A stretch of DNA of 46,503 nucleotides from Candidatus Actinomarina sp. Its GTDB lineage: Bacteria; Actinomycetota; Acidimicrobiia; Actinomarinales; Actinomarinaceae. The stretch is taken from assembly GCA_041234785.1 (NCBI GenBank), contig JBEROH010000030.1:1-46503 (forward strand), written 5' to 3'. Positions 27,887 through 37,458 of this stretch are shown here, in pieces (position 1 is the first letter of the stretch; the number at the start of each line of letters is the position of its first letter). The position numbers and the translations under genes were made by a program. The notes under the pieces are model-generated. The model was not told the origin of the DNA. It did no database searches and saw nothing but the letters and a program-made list of their open reading frames with translations.

Positions 27887-29785
27887 TTGTACGATTATTC
27901 AAATGTAAGTAAAGACAGTCTTGAGCTAGAGCTAAATACATCAATTGATAAATGTAAAAACTTAATTGAAGAGATAAAACAAAAAGAAGTAATTGTTTTA
28001 GAAAATTTTGATGAATTTGAAAGGCAAGTTGCTGAAGTGACTGGTAAAGTAGCATTTTTGTCTAATGTTCATCCACAAAAAGAAATTAGAGATTTTGGAA
28101 ATGAGGCTGAATCAATTCTTGAAAACTATATCCTTGATACCATTACCGATGAAAAATTATTTGAACAATTCAAAAAAATAGACACTACCAAGTTCAATCA
28201 TGAATCTCTAAAATATTTCAAAAGTTTAGAACGAGACTTTTTAGATGCTGGTCATAATCTTGATAAACCTTCTAAAGGTCGACTTATTGAAATTGAAAAA
28301 AAATTAATTGAACTTGAAATTTCATTTTCAAAAAACATTGCTGATGATAAATCTAAAGTTCTTCTTTCTCTAGAACAGCTTGACGGTTTAAGTGTAGAAG
28401 AAATTAGCAATTTCAATAAAAGTGAGGAAAAATATGTGATTACAATGGCATACCCTGATATAAATGCTGTTCTAGAAAATTGCATAAACAGAAGCACGCG
28501 AGAAGTTGTATGGAAAACTTTTAACAATAGAGCGGTAAATACAAACTCTTCAATTCTTAAGGAAGCTGTTGTACTTAGAAATGAAAAAGCAAATTTATTT
28601 GGTTTTGCTACTTGGGCAGAATACCGACTACAACATAGAATGGCAAAAAATCCTAAAAATGTAAATCAAATGTATAGTAATTTAATACCTAAACTTCAAC
28701 AATCTGCGCAAAACGAAAAAGAAGAGTTGGCATCTGATGGAATTGAGGCAAGTAGTATTGCCCCATGGGATATTAGATATTTCATTACAAAAAAAAGAAA
28801 TGAAGTTAGCACAGTTGACAATAGTGAAATTAAAAAATATTTCTTCATTCATGATGTAAAAAAAGAAATGTTTTCAATATGTGAAGAGGTCTTCAGTATT
28901 GAAATAAAACAAGAAAATTCAGATACAGCTTGGCATGAAGATGTCGAACTGTGGTCCATCTGGGATCAAGGTGAAGAGCTTCTTGGATACTTTTATTTAG
29001 ATCTTCACCCTAGAGATGGTAAATATACCCATGCCGCAGTTATGGATGTTTCACCGGGAAACGAACAAAAAGCACAGCTTCCAATTTGTTCAATGGTTGC
29101 CAATTTTCCAAATCCAAAAATAGGAGATGGGCTCATGACTTTTGATGAGGTAGAAACTTTATTTCACGAATTTGGCCATGTGTTACACATGGCAATAGGA
29201 AAATCAAAATTCTCTAGATTTATAGGTGCAAGTGTCGAGTGGGATTTTGTTGAAGCACCTAGCCAAATAATGGAGCATTGGGTTTGGAAAAGCCAATGTA
29301 TGAAAAGAATCTCAAAACATATTGAAACAGGCGAGTCTCTTGAAGATAGTATTTGTAAAAAATTAAATGATTCCAAAAATATTGGTATTAGCTTGCTTAC
29401 TTTAAGACAAGTTTCATTTGGGTTAGCCGACCAACACTTACATGGAGAAAACTTTAATGATTCACTATTAGATATTGAAAAATCAGCACAATCCGTAACT
29501 ACCATAGATTACCCAACAGACATAAACCATTTAGCATCATTTGGTCACCTTCTTGGAGGCTATGATGCAGCATATTATGGATATCTTTGGGCTGATATTA
29601 TTGGAGATGATTTGTTTAGTAGATTTGAAAATGAGGGAGTTCTCTCTAATACAGTGGGTGTAGACTATAAAAATAAAATTTTAAGCCCAGGTGGCACTAA
29701 ATCTGCTGAAGAGCTAGTTGAAAATTTTCTTGGTAGAAAATGGAATGATCAAGCATTTTTATTACAAAAAAACTTGCTAAATTAG
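27887..29785 (+). CDS. M3 family metallopeptidase (thimet oligopeptidase/oligopeptidase A-like)
   Basis: YLDL.PR.GKY.HA, ETLFHEFGH..H, WDFVEAPSQ..E.W and GYDAAYYGYLW motifs; AAGGAG before a TTG start. Confidence 0.95.
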   Translation: MYDYSNVSKDSLELELNTSIDKCKNLIEEIKQKEVIVLENFDEFERQVAEVTGKVAFLSNVHPQKEIRDFGNEAESILENYILDTITDEKLFEQFKKIDTTKFNHESLKYFKSLERDFLDAGHNLDKPSKGRLIEIEKKLIELEISFSKNIADDKSKVLLSLEQLDGLSVEEISNFNKSEEKYVITMAYPDINAVLENCINRSTREVVWKTFNNRAVNTNSSILKEAVVLRNEKANLFGFATWAEYRLQHRMAKNPKNVNQMYSNLIPKLQQSAQNEKEELASDGIEASSIAPWDIRYFITKKRNEVSTVDNSEIKKYFFIHDVKKEMFSICEEVFSIEIKQENSDTAWHEDVELWSIWDQGEELLGYFYLDLHPRDGKYTHAAVMDVSPGNEQKAQLPICSMVANFPNPKIGDGLMTFDEVETLFHEFGHVLHMAIGKSKFSRFIGASVEWDFVEAPSQIMEHWVWKSQCMKRISKHIETGESLEDSICKKLNDSKNIGISLLTLRQVSFGLADQHLHGENFNDSLLDIEKSAQSVTTIDYPTDINHLASFGHLLGGYDAAYYGYLWADIIGDDLFSRFENEGVLSNTVGVDYKNKILSPGGTKSAEELVENFLGRKWNDQAFLLQKNLLN

Positions 29786-29814
29786 AATTACTATCTACAA
29801 TTACTATGTTAAGC

Positions 29815-29832
29815 TTGTGAATATATTCACAA
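29815..29832. promoter_or_regulatory. Perfect 18-bp palindrome: Rex operator consensus (also fits CRP/GlxR)
   Basis: TTGTGAA-TATA-TTCACAA, located between a candidate promoter (TTGCTA 29774, 16 nt, TACAAT 29796) and the RBS of the 64-aa gene. Confidence 0.7.
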
Positions 29833-29850
29833 AGTGTAAAAAGGAAACAA

Positions 29851-30045
29851 ATGACAGACGGATTAAAAGCTAGTCAAATTAAAGGTGGAATTAGACCTTC
29901 AAAAAGTTTTGACCAGGGTAGGGTTTGCAAGGACGAAACTTGTAACACTCAACTTAGCATATACAACAAAAGAGATCATTGCTTCAATCATGCTCCGGTT
30001 AAGTACCCGAGAGTAAGAGGCAGAATTCTTCAAGAAACAGCGTAA
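29851..30045 (+). CDS. Small hypothetical Cys/His protein (C-x4-C-x12-C-x2-H), possibly metal-binding
   Basis: AAAGGA RBS; GRVCKDETCNTQLSIYNKRDHCFNH; basic C-terminus. Confidence 0.8.
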   Translation: MTDGLKASQIKGGIRPSKSFDQGRVCKDETCNTQLSIYNKRDHCFNHAPVKYPRVRGRILQETA

Positions 30046-30089
30046 TTATTTAAACTCCCCCTTTTACGGAATCTCCACAAGAGGTTTCT

Positions 30090-30118
30090 TTAAGCCCCTA
30101 TTAAATATAGGGGCTTAA
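30090..30118. terminator. 12-bp perfect inverted repeat (terminator and/or copper-regulator operator)
   Basis: TTAAGCCCCTAT-TAAAT-ATAGGGGCTTAA between the small gene and copZ; weak U-tract. Confidence 0.6.
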
Positions 30119-30149
30119 TTATAATTCTCCTTCTATTAATATCATCCTC

Positions 30150-30353
30150 ATGGATATCAAATTTACTGTACCTGAAATTAGTTGTGGTCATTGTAAAGAA
30201 ACTATTGAATCAACATTAAATAATGTAGATTCTGTTGAGAGCGTAACTGTTAATATTGAGAAAAAACTGGTAGAAGTTGTATCATCTGATGATTTAGAAT
30301 TATCTTTAATTTCTGATTTGTTAGACGCTCAAGGCTACTCAGTTGTCCAATAA
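30150..30353 (+). CDS. copZ: Copper chaperone (HMA domain)
   Basis: VPEISCGHC metal motif, C-terminal GY; directly upstream of a P1B-ATPase. Confidence 0.92.
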   Translation: MDIKFTVPEISCGHCKETIESTLNNVDSVESVTVNIEKKLVEVVSSDDLELSLISDLLDAQGYSVVQ

Positions 30354-32421
30354 CAAAAGTACAATTTCATTAGACATTGATGGTATGACCTGTGCTGCTT
30401 GTGCAGGTCGAATTGAACGTGTATTGTCTAAAGATGCTCAAATTTTAGATGTTTCTGTAAGCTTTCCATTAAAGTCTGCTGTAATAGAAGTTGACAACAA
30501 AGAAAGTTTTAATCTTTCATCAATTTTAAAAAATATAAATGATATTGGCTATACAGCCAAAGAAGCCAGTGAAGAAGGAACTCAAGATAAAGTTAAGTTT
30601 AAATTTATTATTCCTTTGATTTCTTTATTTTTAACTATTTCTTTAAAATTTTTTTTTGAAGCAAAACTAGATTTTATTGCATACATTATTGGTTTTATAA
30701 TTATTCTTTACTTCGGTAGAGGTTTTCATATTTCTGCATTTAAGAAAATAAAACATTTAGATTTCAATATGGATACGTTAATTTCACTAGGGAGTTTAAG
30801 TTCCCTTGTAATTTCTCTTCTCCCTAATGAGCTCACAAGCAATGGATTAATGTCAGGATCAGAAAATAAAATGTTTCTTGATACAGGAGCTTTTATAGTT
30901 TCATTTATTTTGATAGGAAAATCTGTTGAAGACAAAGTTGTAGAGGAATCTATAAAAACTACAGAATCAATTAAGAGTAGAATGCCAAAATCTTTAATAG
31001 TAAGTAGAGAAGGTGTATCTACACAATCTGCTTTAAAAGATATCAAAACTGATGACATATTTACTGTACTCTCAGGAGAAATTATTCCTGTTGATGGAGA
31101 GGTGTTAACTGGTGAAACTACTGTTGATGAGAGTTTACTAACTGGAGAATCTATACCATTGTTGAAAAATATTGGAGATAGAGTAGTTGGAGGAAGTATT
31201 AATTTACAAAACAAAATTGAAGTCAAAGTAACTGGAGACTATCAAGATTCAACATATAACATTATCGAAGAGCTAATTCGAAAAGCTCAGTCGACAAAAC
31301 CAAATATTCAAAAGTCTCTTGATAAGCTAACCCAGTTTTTTGTACCAATTGTTTTGGCAATAAGCTTTTCTACTTTCTTTTTTAGATTTTTAATACAAGA
31401 CTATTTACTAATAGAAGCGCTCAAAAATGCTATTGCAGTACTTGTAATTGCATGTCCATGTGCTCTTGGTCTAGCTACTCCTATTGTGTTATTTAAAACT
31501 GCAACAAGTAGTAAAAAAAGTGGATTTTTATTTAAAAATTTTGATCTATTACAAAAATTTGGCGATATTAAAACAATTGTTTTTGACAAAACAGGAACAT
31601 TGTCATCTGGAGTATTTAAGATAAAAAAAATAGATGTTCAAAATTCCGACTTAACTCATGAAAACATTTTACAACTAATTGCTAGTGTTGAAATCTATTC
31701 TCAACACCCTATTGCTAGAAGTATTGTATATGAAGCAGAGATGAAAAATTTGCAAATGTTAACAGCAACTGAAGTGAAAGAGTTTACTGGGGTTGGTATT
31801 GAAGGCATAGTGGAAGGTAAACGAATAAGCATTAAGAAAAACAATACCAGTGATGAATCTTCTTTAGAAGTAATGATAGATAATAAAAGAATAATTCTTT
31901 ACATAGAAGAAGAATCCGCAGTTAGTTCAAATTTTTTAAGCGAGCTTGAAAAAAATAAAGAAATTGTAATTTTGTCTGGTGATAAAAATGTTAATGTCAA
32001 AAAATTTGCTGAAAGTATTAGTATCAAAGAATTTTATTCAGACAAAACCCCTGAAGAAAAATTAGAATTTATTAAAAATAAACAACTCAGTGAAAGAGTA
32101 ATATTTATTGGAGATGGAATAAATGATTCACCATCAATTAAACAAGCTGATGTTGGTGTCACAACTTCTACTAGTAGTCAAATCGCTCAAGTTTCTGGTG
32201 ATATTCTTATTCACAAAGGTGGCTTGGAAACACTGAATAAAATTTTTATTCTTTCAAAAAAATCTAAATATAGAATTTATCAAAATTTATTTTTAGCATT
32301 TATTTACAATACGTTGATGATTCCACTTGCTGTACTTGGTTTTATAACTCCAAATTTAGCAGCATTGGCTATGGCCCTATCTAGTATTTCTGTTGTATTG
32401 AATTCTGCAAGAAAACTATAA
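30343..32421 (+). CDS. copA: Cu(I)-translocating P1B-type ATPase
   Basis: GMTCAAC, TGES, ACPCALGLATP, DKTGT, HP, GDGIND, YN and MALSS motifs. Confidence 0.95.
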   Translation: MSNNKSTISLDIDGMTCAACAGRIERVLSKDAQILDVSVSFPLKSAVIEVDNKESFNLSSILKNINDIGYTAKEASEEGTQDKVKFKFIIPLISLFLTISLKFFFEAKLDFIAYIIGFIIILYFGRGFHISAFKKIKHLDFNMDTLISLGSLSSLVISLLPNELTSNGLMSGSENKMFLDTGAFIVSFILIGKSVEDKVVEESIKTTESIKSRMPKSLIVSREGVSTQSALKDIKTDDIFTVLSGEIIPVDGEVLTGETTVDESLLTGESIPLLKNIGDRVVGGSINLQNKIEVKVTGDYQDSTYNIIEELIRKAQSTKPNIQKSLDKLTQFFVPIVLAISFSTFFFRFLIQDYLLIEALKNAIAVLVIACPCALGLATPIVLFKTATSSKKSGFLFKNFDLLQKFGDIKTIVFDKTGTLSSGVFKIKKIDVQNSDLTHENILQLIASVEIYSQHPIARSIVYEAEMKNLQMLTATEVKEFTGVGIEGIVEGKRISIKKNNTSDESSLEVMIDNKRIILYIEEESAVSSNFLSELEKNKEIVILSGDKNVNVKKFAESISIKEFYSDKTPEEKLEFIKNKQLSERVIFIGDGINDSPSIKQADVGVTTSTSSQIAQVSGDILIHKGGLETLNKIFILSKKSKYRIYQNLFLAFIYNTLMIPLAVLGFITPNLAALAMALSSISVVLNSARKL

Positions 32422-32464
32422 ATTATTTTTTAATTTAAATTTTCTAAAACATTATTCTTTCATT

Positions 32465-33313
32465 ATGGAAGATGTAGTTTGGTATAGAAAACCTCTGTTG
32501 TCAGATCCAGTTGCAATTCTTGCATTTGAAGGATGGAGTGATGCTGGTAACACTGCTACTGGTTGTGTAGAAAATCTCAGCAGTACATATGATGTAGATC
32601 CATTTGCCGAACTTGATTCAGATTCCTTTTACAACTATCAAATGAGAAGGCCGGTAGTAGAAGTTCAGGATTTTGGAGAAAGAACTTTTCACTGGCCTCA
32701 AACTTCTTTTTATTCAATTGAAGATTTTAAAATTAAAAGTGATCTTATATTAGTTTTTGGAGAAGAGCCATCCATGAGATGGAAAGATTATTCTCGAAAT
32801 ATTTCGGAAACTTTACTAGAGCTTGGAGTTAGAAGAGCCGTAACTCTAGGTGCATTTTTTGGTCAGGTAGCTCATACTTTACCCGTTCCTCTTTTTGGTG
32901 TTAGTAGTGATCCAACATTTCACTCAAGATTCAATGTTTTGAATCCAAATTATTCAGGCCCTACCGGAATCACAAATATAGTTGGACAAACATTGAGAGA
33001 TAGTGGTATTGAAACCTCTGGTTTATGGGCAGCAGTTCCCCATTATCTAAGTAGTGGAGGCTACCCTAAAGGAATGAGTGCGCTTTTAAACAAAACATCA
33101 GAAATATTAAAAATCGATATTGACGATACTGGTATTCAAAGTGAAGGTCAGCAATTTGAACTTAAAATTAATAAGGCTATGGAAAACTCTCAAGACTTAG
33201 CAGAATATGTATCTAAGCTTGAAGATGCAGAAGTTAGTATTGAAGACAATTTTTCAGAAGATAGCTTAGTTGAGCAAATTGAAGATTTTCTAAATGAAGA
33301 AAGAGAAGTTTAA
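32465..33313 (+). CDS. PAC2 family (proteasome assembly chaperone-like) protein
   Basis: AFEGWSDAG, FY.YQ..RP, G.EP..RW, Y.GPTGI, LWAAVPHY and YV..LE motifs. Confidence 0.9.
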   Translation: MEDVVWYRKPLLSDPVAILAFEGWSDAGNTATGCVENLSSTYDVDPFAELDSDSFYNYQMRRPVVEVQDFGERTFHWPQTSFYSIEDFKIKSDLILVFGEEPSMRWKDYSRNISETLLELGVRRAVTLGAFFGQVAHTLPVPLFGVSSDPTFHSRFNVLNPNYSGPTGITNIVGQTLRDSGIETSGLWAAVPHYLSSGGYPKGMSALLNKTSEILKIDIDDTGIQSEGQQFELKINKAMENSQDLAEYVSKLEDAEVSIEDNFSEDSLVEQIEDFLNEEREV

Positions 33314-33409
33314 CTAGACGTTTTTCTTCTTATGTCTATTTGATTTACGACGCTTACGATATTTATGTTTTGACATTTTTTTGCGTCTTTTTTTAATCAA
33401 AGATCCCAT
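33314..33409 (-). CDS. 30S ribosomal protein bS22 (AURKAIP1/COX24 domain), 31 aa
   Basis: Not in ORF track. MGSLIKKRRKKMSKHKYRKRRKSNRHKKKNV* matches the actinobacterial MGSVIKKRRKRMSKKKHRK pattern; AAAGGA upstream. Confidence 0.92.
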   Translation of the reverse strand: MGSLIKKRRKKMSKHKYRKRRKSNRHKKKNV

Positions 33410-33496
33410 ATTTTAAAAATTTATCCTTTTTTCCTAACTGCGAAAGTCTAACTGATTTTCATCATTAAATGAAAAAACTTTTGTAATTTTTAGAAT

Positions 33497-34324
33497 TTAT
33501 TTATTTTTTATGGCTTTTAACAATGCTTCGTCGCCTTTATTGTCGAAAGGAGATTTTCTTTTAGCCCACAAACCCCAAGTAATCATAGATAATGTTTGAA
33601 ATAATTTAAATTTTGTTATTTCTTCAGTTTTAGAAAATCCTAGCTCTTTTAAATACATCCCTTGAAGGTTTTCATCATCTATTTCATTTTGCCAAAATAA
33701 ATCTGCATAATCAAAGTATGGATCTCCTAATGATGAGTATTCCCAATCAATTAAAAAAGTTTTGTCCTTATAAATCACAAAATTACCAGAATAAAGGTCT
33801 TGATGACAGGGTTTACGCTGCAAGCCAATCTCTTCTAGTTTTGCAACAATATTATTTCCTACTTCCACTGCTTCAATTTCAAGTGAATTTTGACTATCAG
33901 CTAGGTTTCTAAACACTTTTAAAGGAGAAAAGTTTTCCATAAAATTTAGGTCTGAATTATGTAACTTTTTAAGTGATAAAAATGCTGCGTTTCTTAGTTG
34001 TTCGTTCAAAAAATCTGACTCTTTATATGTATAGATTTCAAAATATTCCGAAATTTTTACTCCACTAACTTCATCAAATACTAGATAGGGCAAAGTGAGT
34101 TCTAGCTCTTGCACCAATAAGGTATTATTTTTTTCTGCATTTCGATTAATTTCATCAGGATTATCACCTGGAATTCTTAAAACAAATTGTTTACCGTCCA
34201 CCTCAACAATAAAACTATGGTTTGTAATTCCCTCTAGTTCTTTTATAAAGTAAGCTGTCTCATCTTTATTGTTTGAAATATCATATTTTAAAAATATTTC
34301 TACAACTTTACTAGTTTCAAACAT
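33497..34324 (-). CDS. Choline/ethanolamine kinase family phosphotransferase; start most likely ATG 34324 (alternatives 34330, 34336)
   Basis: GITN, VLRIPG, INR..E, CHQDL...NF and LIDWEYS..GDP.FD motifs; TATGAT 7 nt upstream of 34324. Confidence 0.85.
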   Translation of the reverse strand: MFETSKVVEIFLKYDISNNKDETAYFIKELEGITNHSFIVEVDGKQFVLRIPGDNPDEINRNAEKNNTLLVQELELTLPYLVFDEVSGVKISEYFEIYTYKESDFLNEQLRNAAFLSLKKLHNSDLNFMENFSPLKVFRNLADSQNSLEIEAVEVGNNIVAKLEEIGLQRKPCHQDLYSGNFVIYKDKTFLIDWEYSSLGDPYFDYADLFWQNEIDDENLQGMYLKELGFSKTEEITKFKLFQTLSMITWGLWAKRKSPFDNKGDEALLKAIKNK

Positions 34325-34346
34325 ATTCATTATCATAATATAAGTT

Positions 34347-34547
34347 ATGAATGATCCTTTTGCACTTGATTTAACGATTATCCTACTGCTCCTTGGTATA
34401 GGTGGAGCAATGTTGTTTGGAAATCTTTTTGCAATAATAAAAAGTAGACAAGAAAAAAAAGAATTATATTTTTCTAGAACTATTTTTCTATTAATGGTGG
34501 GGTTGATAATTACAACTTGGTCGATTGCTTCTTTAATAAGCAGATAA
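34347..34547 (+). CDS. Small two-TM hypothetical membrane protein
   Basis: 66 aa with two hydrophobic helices; fills the gap. Confidence 0.75.
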   Translation: MNDPFALDLTIILLLLGIGGAMLFGNLFAIIKSRQEKKELYFSRTIFLLMVGLIITTWSIASLISR

Positions 34548-34591
34548 AATATTTAGAAATAGGTTATTATGTTCAAAGAGAAAAGTAATAA

Positions 34592-35152
34592 ATGCTATCA
34601 GACAAAGATATAAAAAATTCACTGGAACAAGGAGATGTAATAATATCTCCACTAAGTCCTGACTTTATTCAACCATCAAGTGTTGATTTAAGAGTTGGTG
34701 CTGAATTTAGAGTGTTTGAAAACCATAAATATTCTCACATAGATCCTAGAGAAGAACAAGAAGACCTTACCAAGCTGGTAATAGCCACTGTCGAAGAACC
34801 GTTTGTACTACATCCTGGTGAGTTTGTGCTTGGCACCACTTTTGAAAAAGTAACACTTTCAAATAAAGTAGTTGCAAGGTTAGAAGGTAAAAGTTCACTC
34901 GGTAGAATTGGCCTCTTAATTCACTCTACTGCTGGATTTGTTGATCCAGGGTTCTCTGGATATTTAACTCTCGAACTTTCTAATGTGGCAAATCTTCCAA
35001 TTAAAATTTATCCAGAAATGAAAATTGGACAAATATCGTTTTATTATCTTAACTCTCCATCAGAATCAGAATATGGTTCTAAAGTTTACGGAAGTAAATA
35101 TCAAGGACAGCAAGGACCAACACCAAGTAAAAGCCACAACGATTTTCAATAA
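34592..35152 (+). CDS. dcd: dCTP deaminase
   Basis: [39 protein letters not shown] and KYQGQ.GP motifs. Confidence 0.97.
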   Translation: MLSDKDIKNSLEQGDVIISPLSPDFIQPSSVDLRVGAEFRVFENHKYSHIDPREEQEDLTKLVIATVEEPFVLHPGEFVLGTTFEKVTLSNKVVARLEGKSSLGRIGLLIHSTAGFVDPGFSGYLTLELSNVANLPIKIYPEMKIGQISFYYLNSPSESEYGSKVYGSKYQGQQGPTPSKSHNDFQ

Positions 35153-35154
35153 TT

Positions 35155-35838
35155 ATGATTCCTGGAATCGGTACTTTAATAAATGCTTTCGGAGTAATTG
35201 GGGTTGGATTATTAAGTAGAATTTTCATTAAAAAAGAAATCAAAAATTTTGAAAATAATTTACTACCTCTTGGATTACTTGTTTTAACTTTAGGTATTAG
35301 AGAGTCATTAAAAAGTCCTGAGTTTCTACTAACTCTTTTAGCAGTTTTGATTGGATCTATTATTGGAACTTATTTAAAAATTGAAGAAAGAATTAAAAAT
35401 TTTGGAGATTATTTACATAGAAAATTTGAAAAAAATAATGATGAAAAAAATTCATTTATTGAAAGCTATTTAACAGCTTCGTTAATAGTAATTACAGGCC
35501 CACTAGCTATTGTCGGACCATTTCTTGATGTAGTGGAAGGAAATATTGAGTTGCTTTTAATAAAAACAGCATTGGATTGCTTTCTAGTTTTGTTTCTTGT
35601 CTCAAGTGGAGGCAAAGGTGCTACCTACTCTGGAATTTCAATACTTATCTACCAAGGTTTCTTTACTTTATGCGCATTTGCTTTAGGTGGAACGATTGAC
35701 CAAATTGTTTCGGACTCAATCGCAGGAATTGGTGGCGTATTATTAGTCGGTGTAGGAATAAACTTACTAGGTTTAAGAAAAATACCAGTTGGCAATTATA
35801 TTTTGAGCCTTTTTGTACCCTTTTTTATAACATTTTAA
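35155..35838 (+). CDS. DUF554 family membrane protein
   Basis: GT..N, G..IG..L.IE, ASL....GPL.I.G, L..K..LD and YQG motifs. Confidence 0.88.
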   Translation: MIPGIGTLINAFGVIGVGLLSRIFIKKEIKNFENNLLPLGLLVLTLGIRESLKSPEFLLTLLAVLIGSIIGTYLKIEERIKNFGDYLHRKFEKNNDEKNSFIESYLTASLIVITGPLAIVGPFLDVVEGNIELLLIKTALDCFLVLFLVSSGGKGATYSGISILIYQGFFTLCAFALGGTIDQIVSDSIAGIGGVLLVGVGINLLGLRKIPVGNYILSLFVPFFITF

Positions 35839-36475
35839 AAGTACGAGTAGCCCCTTTTACGTCTTCAAAAATTTCTTCAAGTCTTTTTGATTCTTCTTCG
35901 AAAGTGCCCCTGACAAAATGATACTGTTTGATATTAAAACACCTATTTTTGAAATCTATTTCGACTGGTACATATGGAATATTTAATCCTTTGGCTAAGT
36001 AGTAATATCCACTTCTAAATTTTTCAACGGGTTCTACACCACCTTCCGGTGCAATAACTAATATATAATTGTCATGTTTTTTGAATTCTTCAACTGCACC
36101 TCGAATTAATCCCTTTGAATTTACCCTATACACTGGTATCCCTCCCAGTTTGACTAATAGGTATTTTTGTAACCACCAAAAAGGCCAAGGGATGCCTTGT
36201 CTATCTAAATTTTTAGATATTGTGAAAAGACTTGGCAATCTTGTAAATACCCATGCTGCACCAAAGAAATTTATTTTAATTTCTAAAGCCCATACAGCTA
36301 AAAGTGCATACCATGCATCCCTCATAGCGGTATGAGGGATTCCAACTAAAACCATTTTGTCTAAATTAGGTATCGTCCCTTTAATTTCCCAATTAAATAT
36401 TTTGAGAAGAAATCTTCCAATAGGACCAAGTATAATTCTTTTTTTTTGGGCTACTTGTTCTGGTACAGTAATCAT
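35825..36475 (-). CDS. PlsC-like (1-acyl-sn-glycerol-3-phosphate) acyltransferase
   Basis: HxxxxD (PHTAMRD), GGIPV.R, IAPEG and F.SG.Y..A motifs. Confidence 0.85.
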   Translation of the reverse strand: MITVPEQVAQKKRIILGPIGRFLLKIFNWEIKGTIPNLDKMVLVGIPHTAMRDAWYALLAVWALEIKINFFGAAWVFTRLPSLFTISKNLDRQGIPWPFWWLQKYLLVKLGGIPVYRVNSKGLIRGAVEEFKKHDNYILVIAPEGGVEPVEKFRSGYYYLAKGLNIPYVPVEIDFKNRCFNIKQYHFVRGTFEEESKRLEEIFEDVKGATRTFKML

Positions 36476-37458
36476 AAAGTTGAAACATGCTTTGCAATTT
36501 GAACTGCATTCAATGCAGCACCTTTTAGTAAATTATCCGAAACAACCCAGAAGTTAAGTATTTTATTGCTTGAAAGCCCTTTTCTGAGTCTTGAAACTAA
36601 AACATTATGATTACCTTCAGCGTCTAAGGGTGTGGCAAGAGGTTCATCCCAGTACTCAGTTCCTTCAAAATTATTAATTAGTGCAATAGATTCTTCGACG
36701 TCAACTTCTTCTTCAAAAATTGCTGAGCAAAAAGTTCCATGACCTGTTTCTACACCAACTCGTGCATTAGAAGGTTCTACTAACAAATTAGTGATTTGTA
36801 AAATTTTTCTTGACTCATTGACAAACTTCATTTCTTCATCAGAGTAGCCATTTTCAGTCAGGCTGCCTGCTAGTGGTATTATATTTTTAGCAATTGGTCT
36901 TTTGTAGAAACCACCACTGTATTCAGCAGTTAATTTATCTCCAAGTTTTAATTCATTGTCTAGGGATTGTACAGCTCTAATACCAGAACCAGATACAGCT
37001 TGATAAGCAACAGGAGTTATTGCCTTTAAATTAAATTTATCGTGTAATGGTTTAAGTGCCATTACTAAGCCCATCGTTGTGCAGTTTGGATTAGAGATAA
37101 GTTTAGTGTTTTTAGTAATCTGACTCTGATTTACTCCATAAACCACTAAGGGGACTTCATCTAACATCCGAAAAGCTGAAGAATTATCAATAACATATGA
37201 CCCGTTTTCTACAAATTCTTGTGCAAATACTTTTGATCTCTCACTACCTGCAGAAAATAAACTTATATCATAGTGAGCAATATCTTGATTATTAAGTTCT
37301 AAAACTTCAACTCTCTTGTTGGCAATTTCAACAAATTTACCAGCAGAATTCTTAGAAGCAAATAAGGTATACTCTGTTTCTTCGCTAAAACTTTTTTCGC
37401 AAAGCTGTATAATCTTGGTACCAACAAGACCGGTTGCTCCTACAATTGCAATTTTCAT
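36472..37458 (-). CDS. asd: Aspartate-semialdehyde dehydrogenase
   Basis: [30 protein letters not shown] and [15 protein letters not shown] motifs. Confidence 0.97.
   Translation of the reverse strand: MKIAIVGATGLVGTKIIQLCEKSFSEETEYTLFASKNSAGKFVEIANKRVEVLELNNQDIAHYDISLFSAGSERSKVFAQEFVENGSYVIDNSSAFRMLDEVPLVVYGVNQSQITKNTKLISNPNCTTMGLVMALKPLHDKFNLKAITPVAYQAVSGSGIRAVQSLDNELKLGDKLTAEYSGGFYKRPIAKNIIPLAGSLTENGYSDEEMKFVNESRKILQITNLLVEPSNARVGVETGHGTFCSAIFEEEVDVEESIALINNFEGTEYWDEPLATPLDAEGNHNVLVSRLRKGLSSNKILNFWVVSDNLLKGAALNAVQIAKHVSTL

Noticed and set aside
29786-29807. Direct repeat AATTACTAT x2
   Set aside because: Short, AT-rich and overlapping the candidate -10; compatible with chance.
34592-35152. 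dcd and dgt as nucleotide-depletion anti-phage defence
   Set aside because: Dcd is the trimeric dUTPase-like housekeeping type, not the kinase-fused defensive type; the two genes are 8 kb apart in core context.
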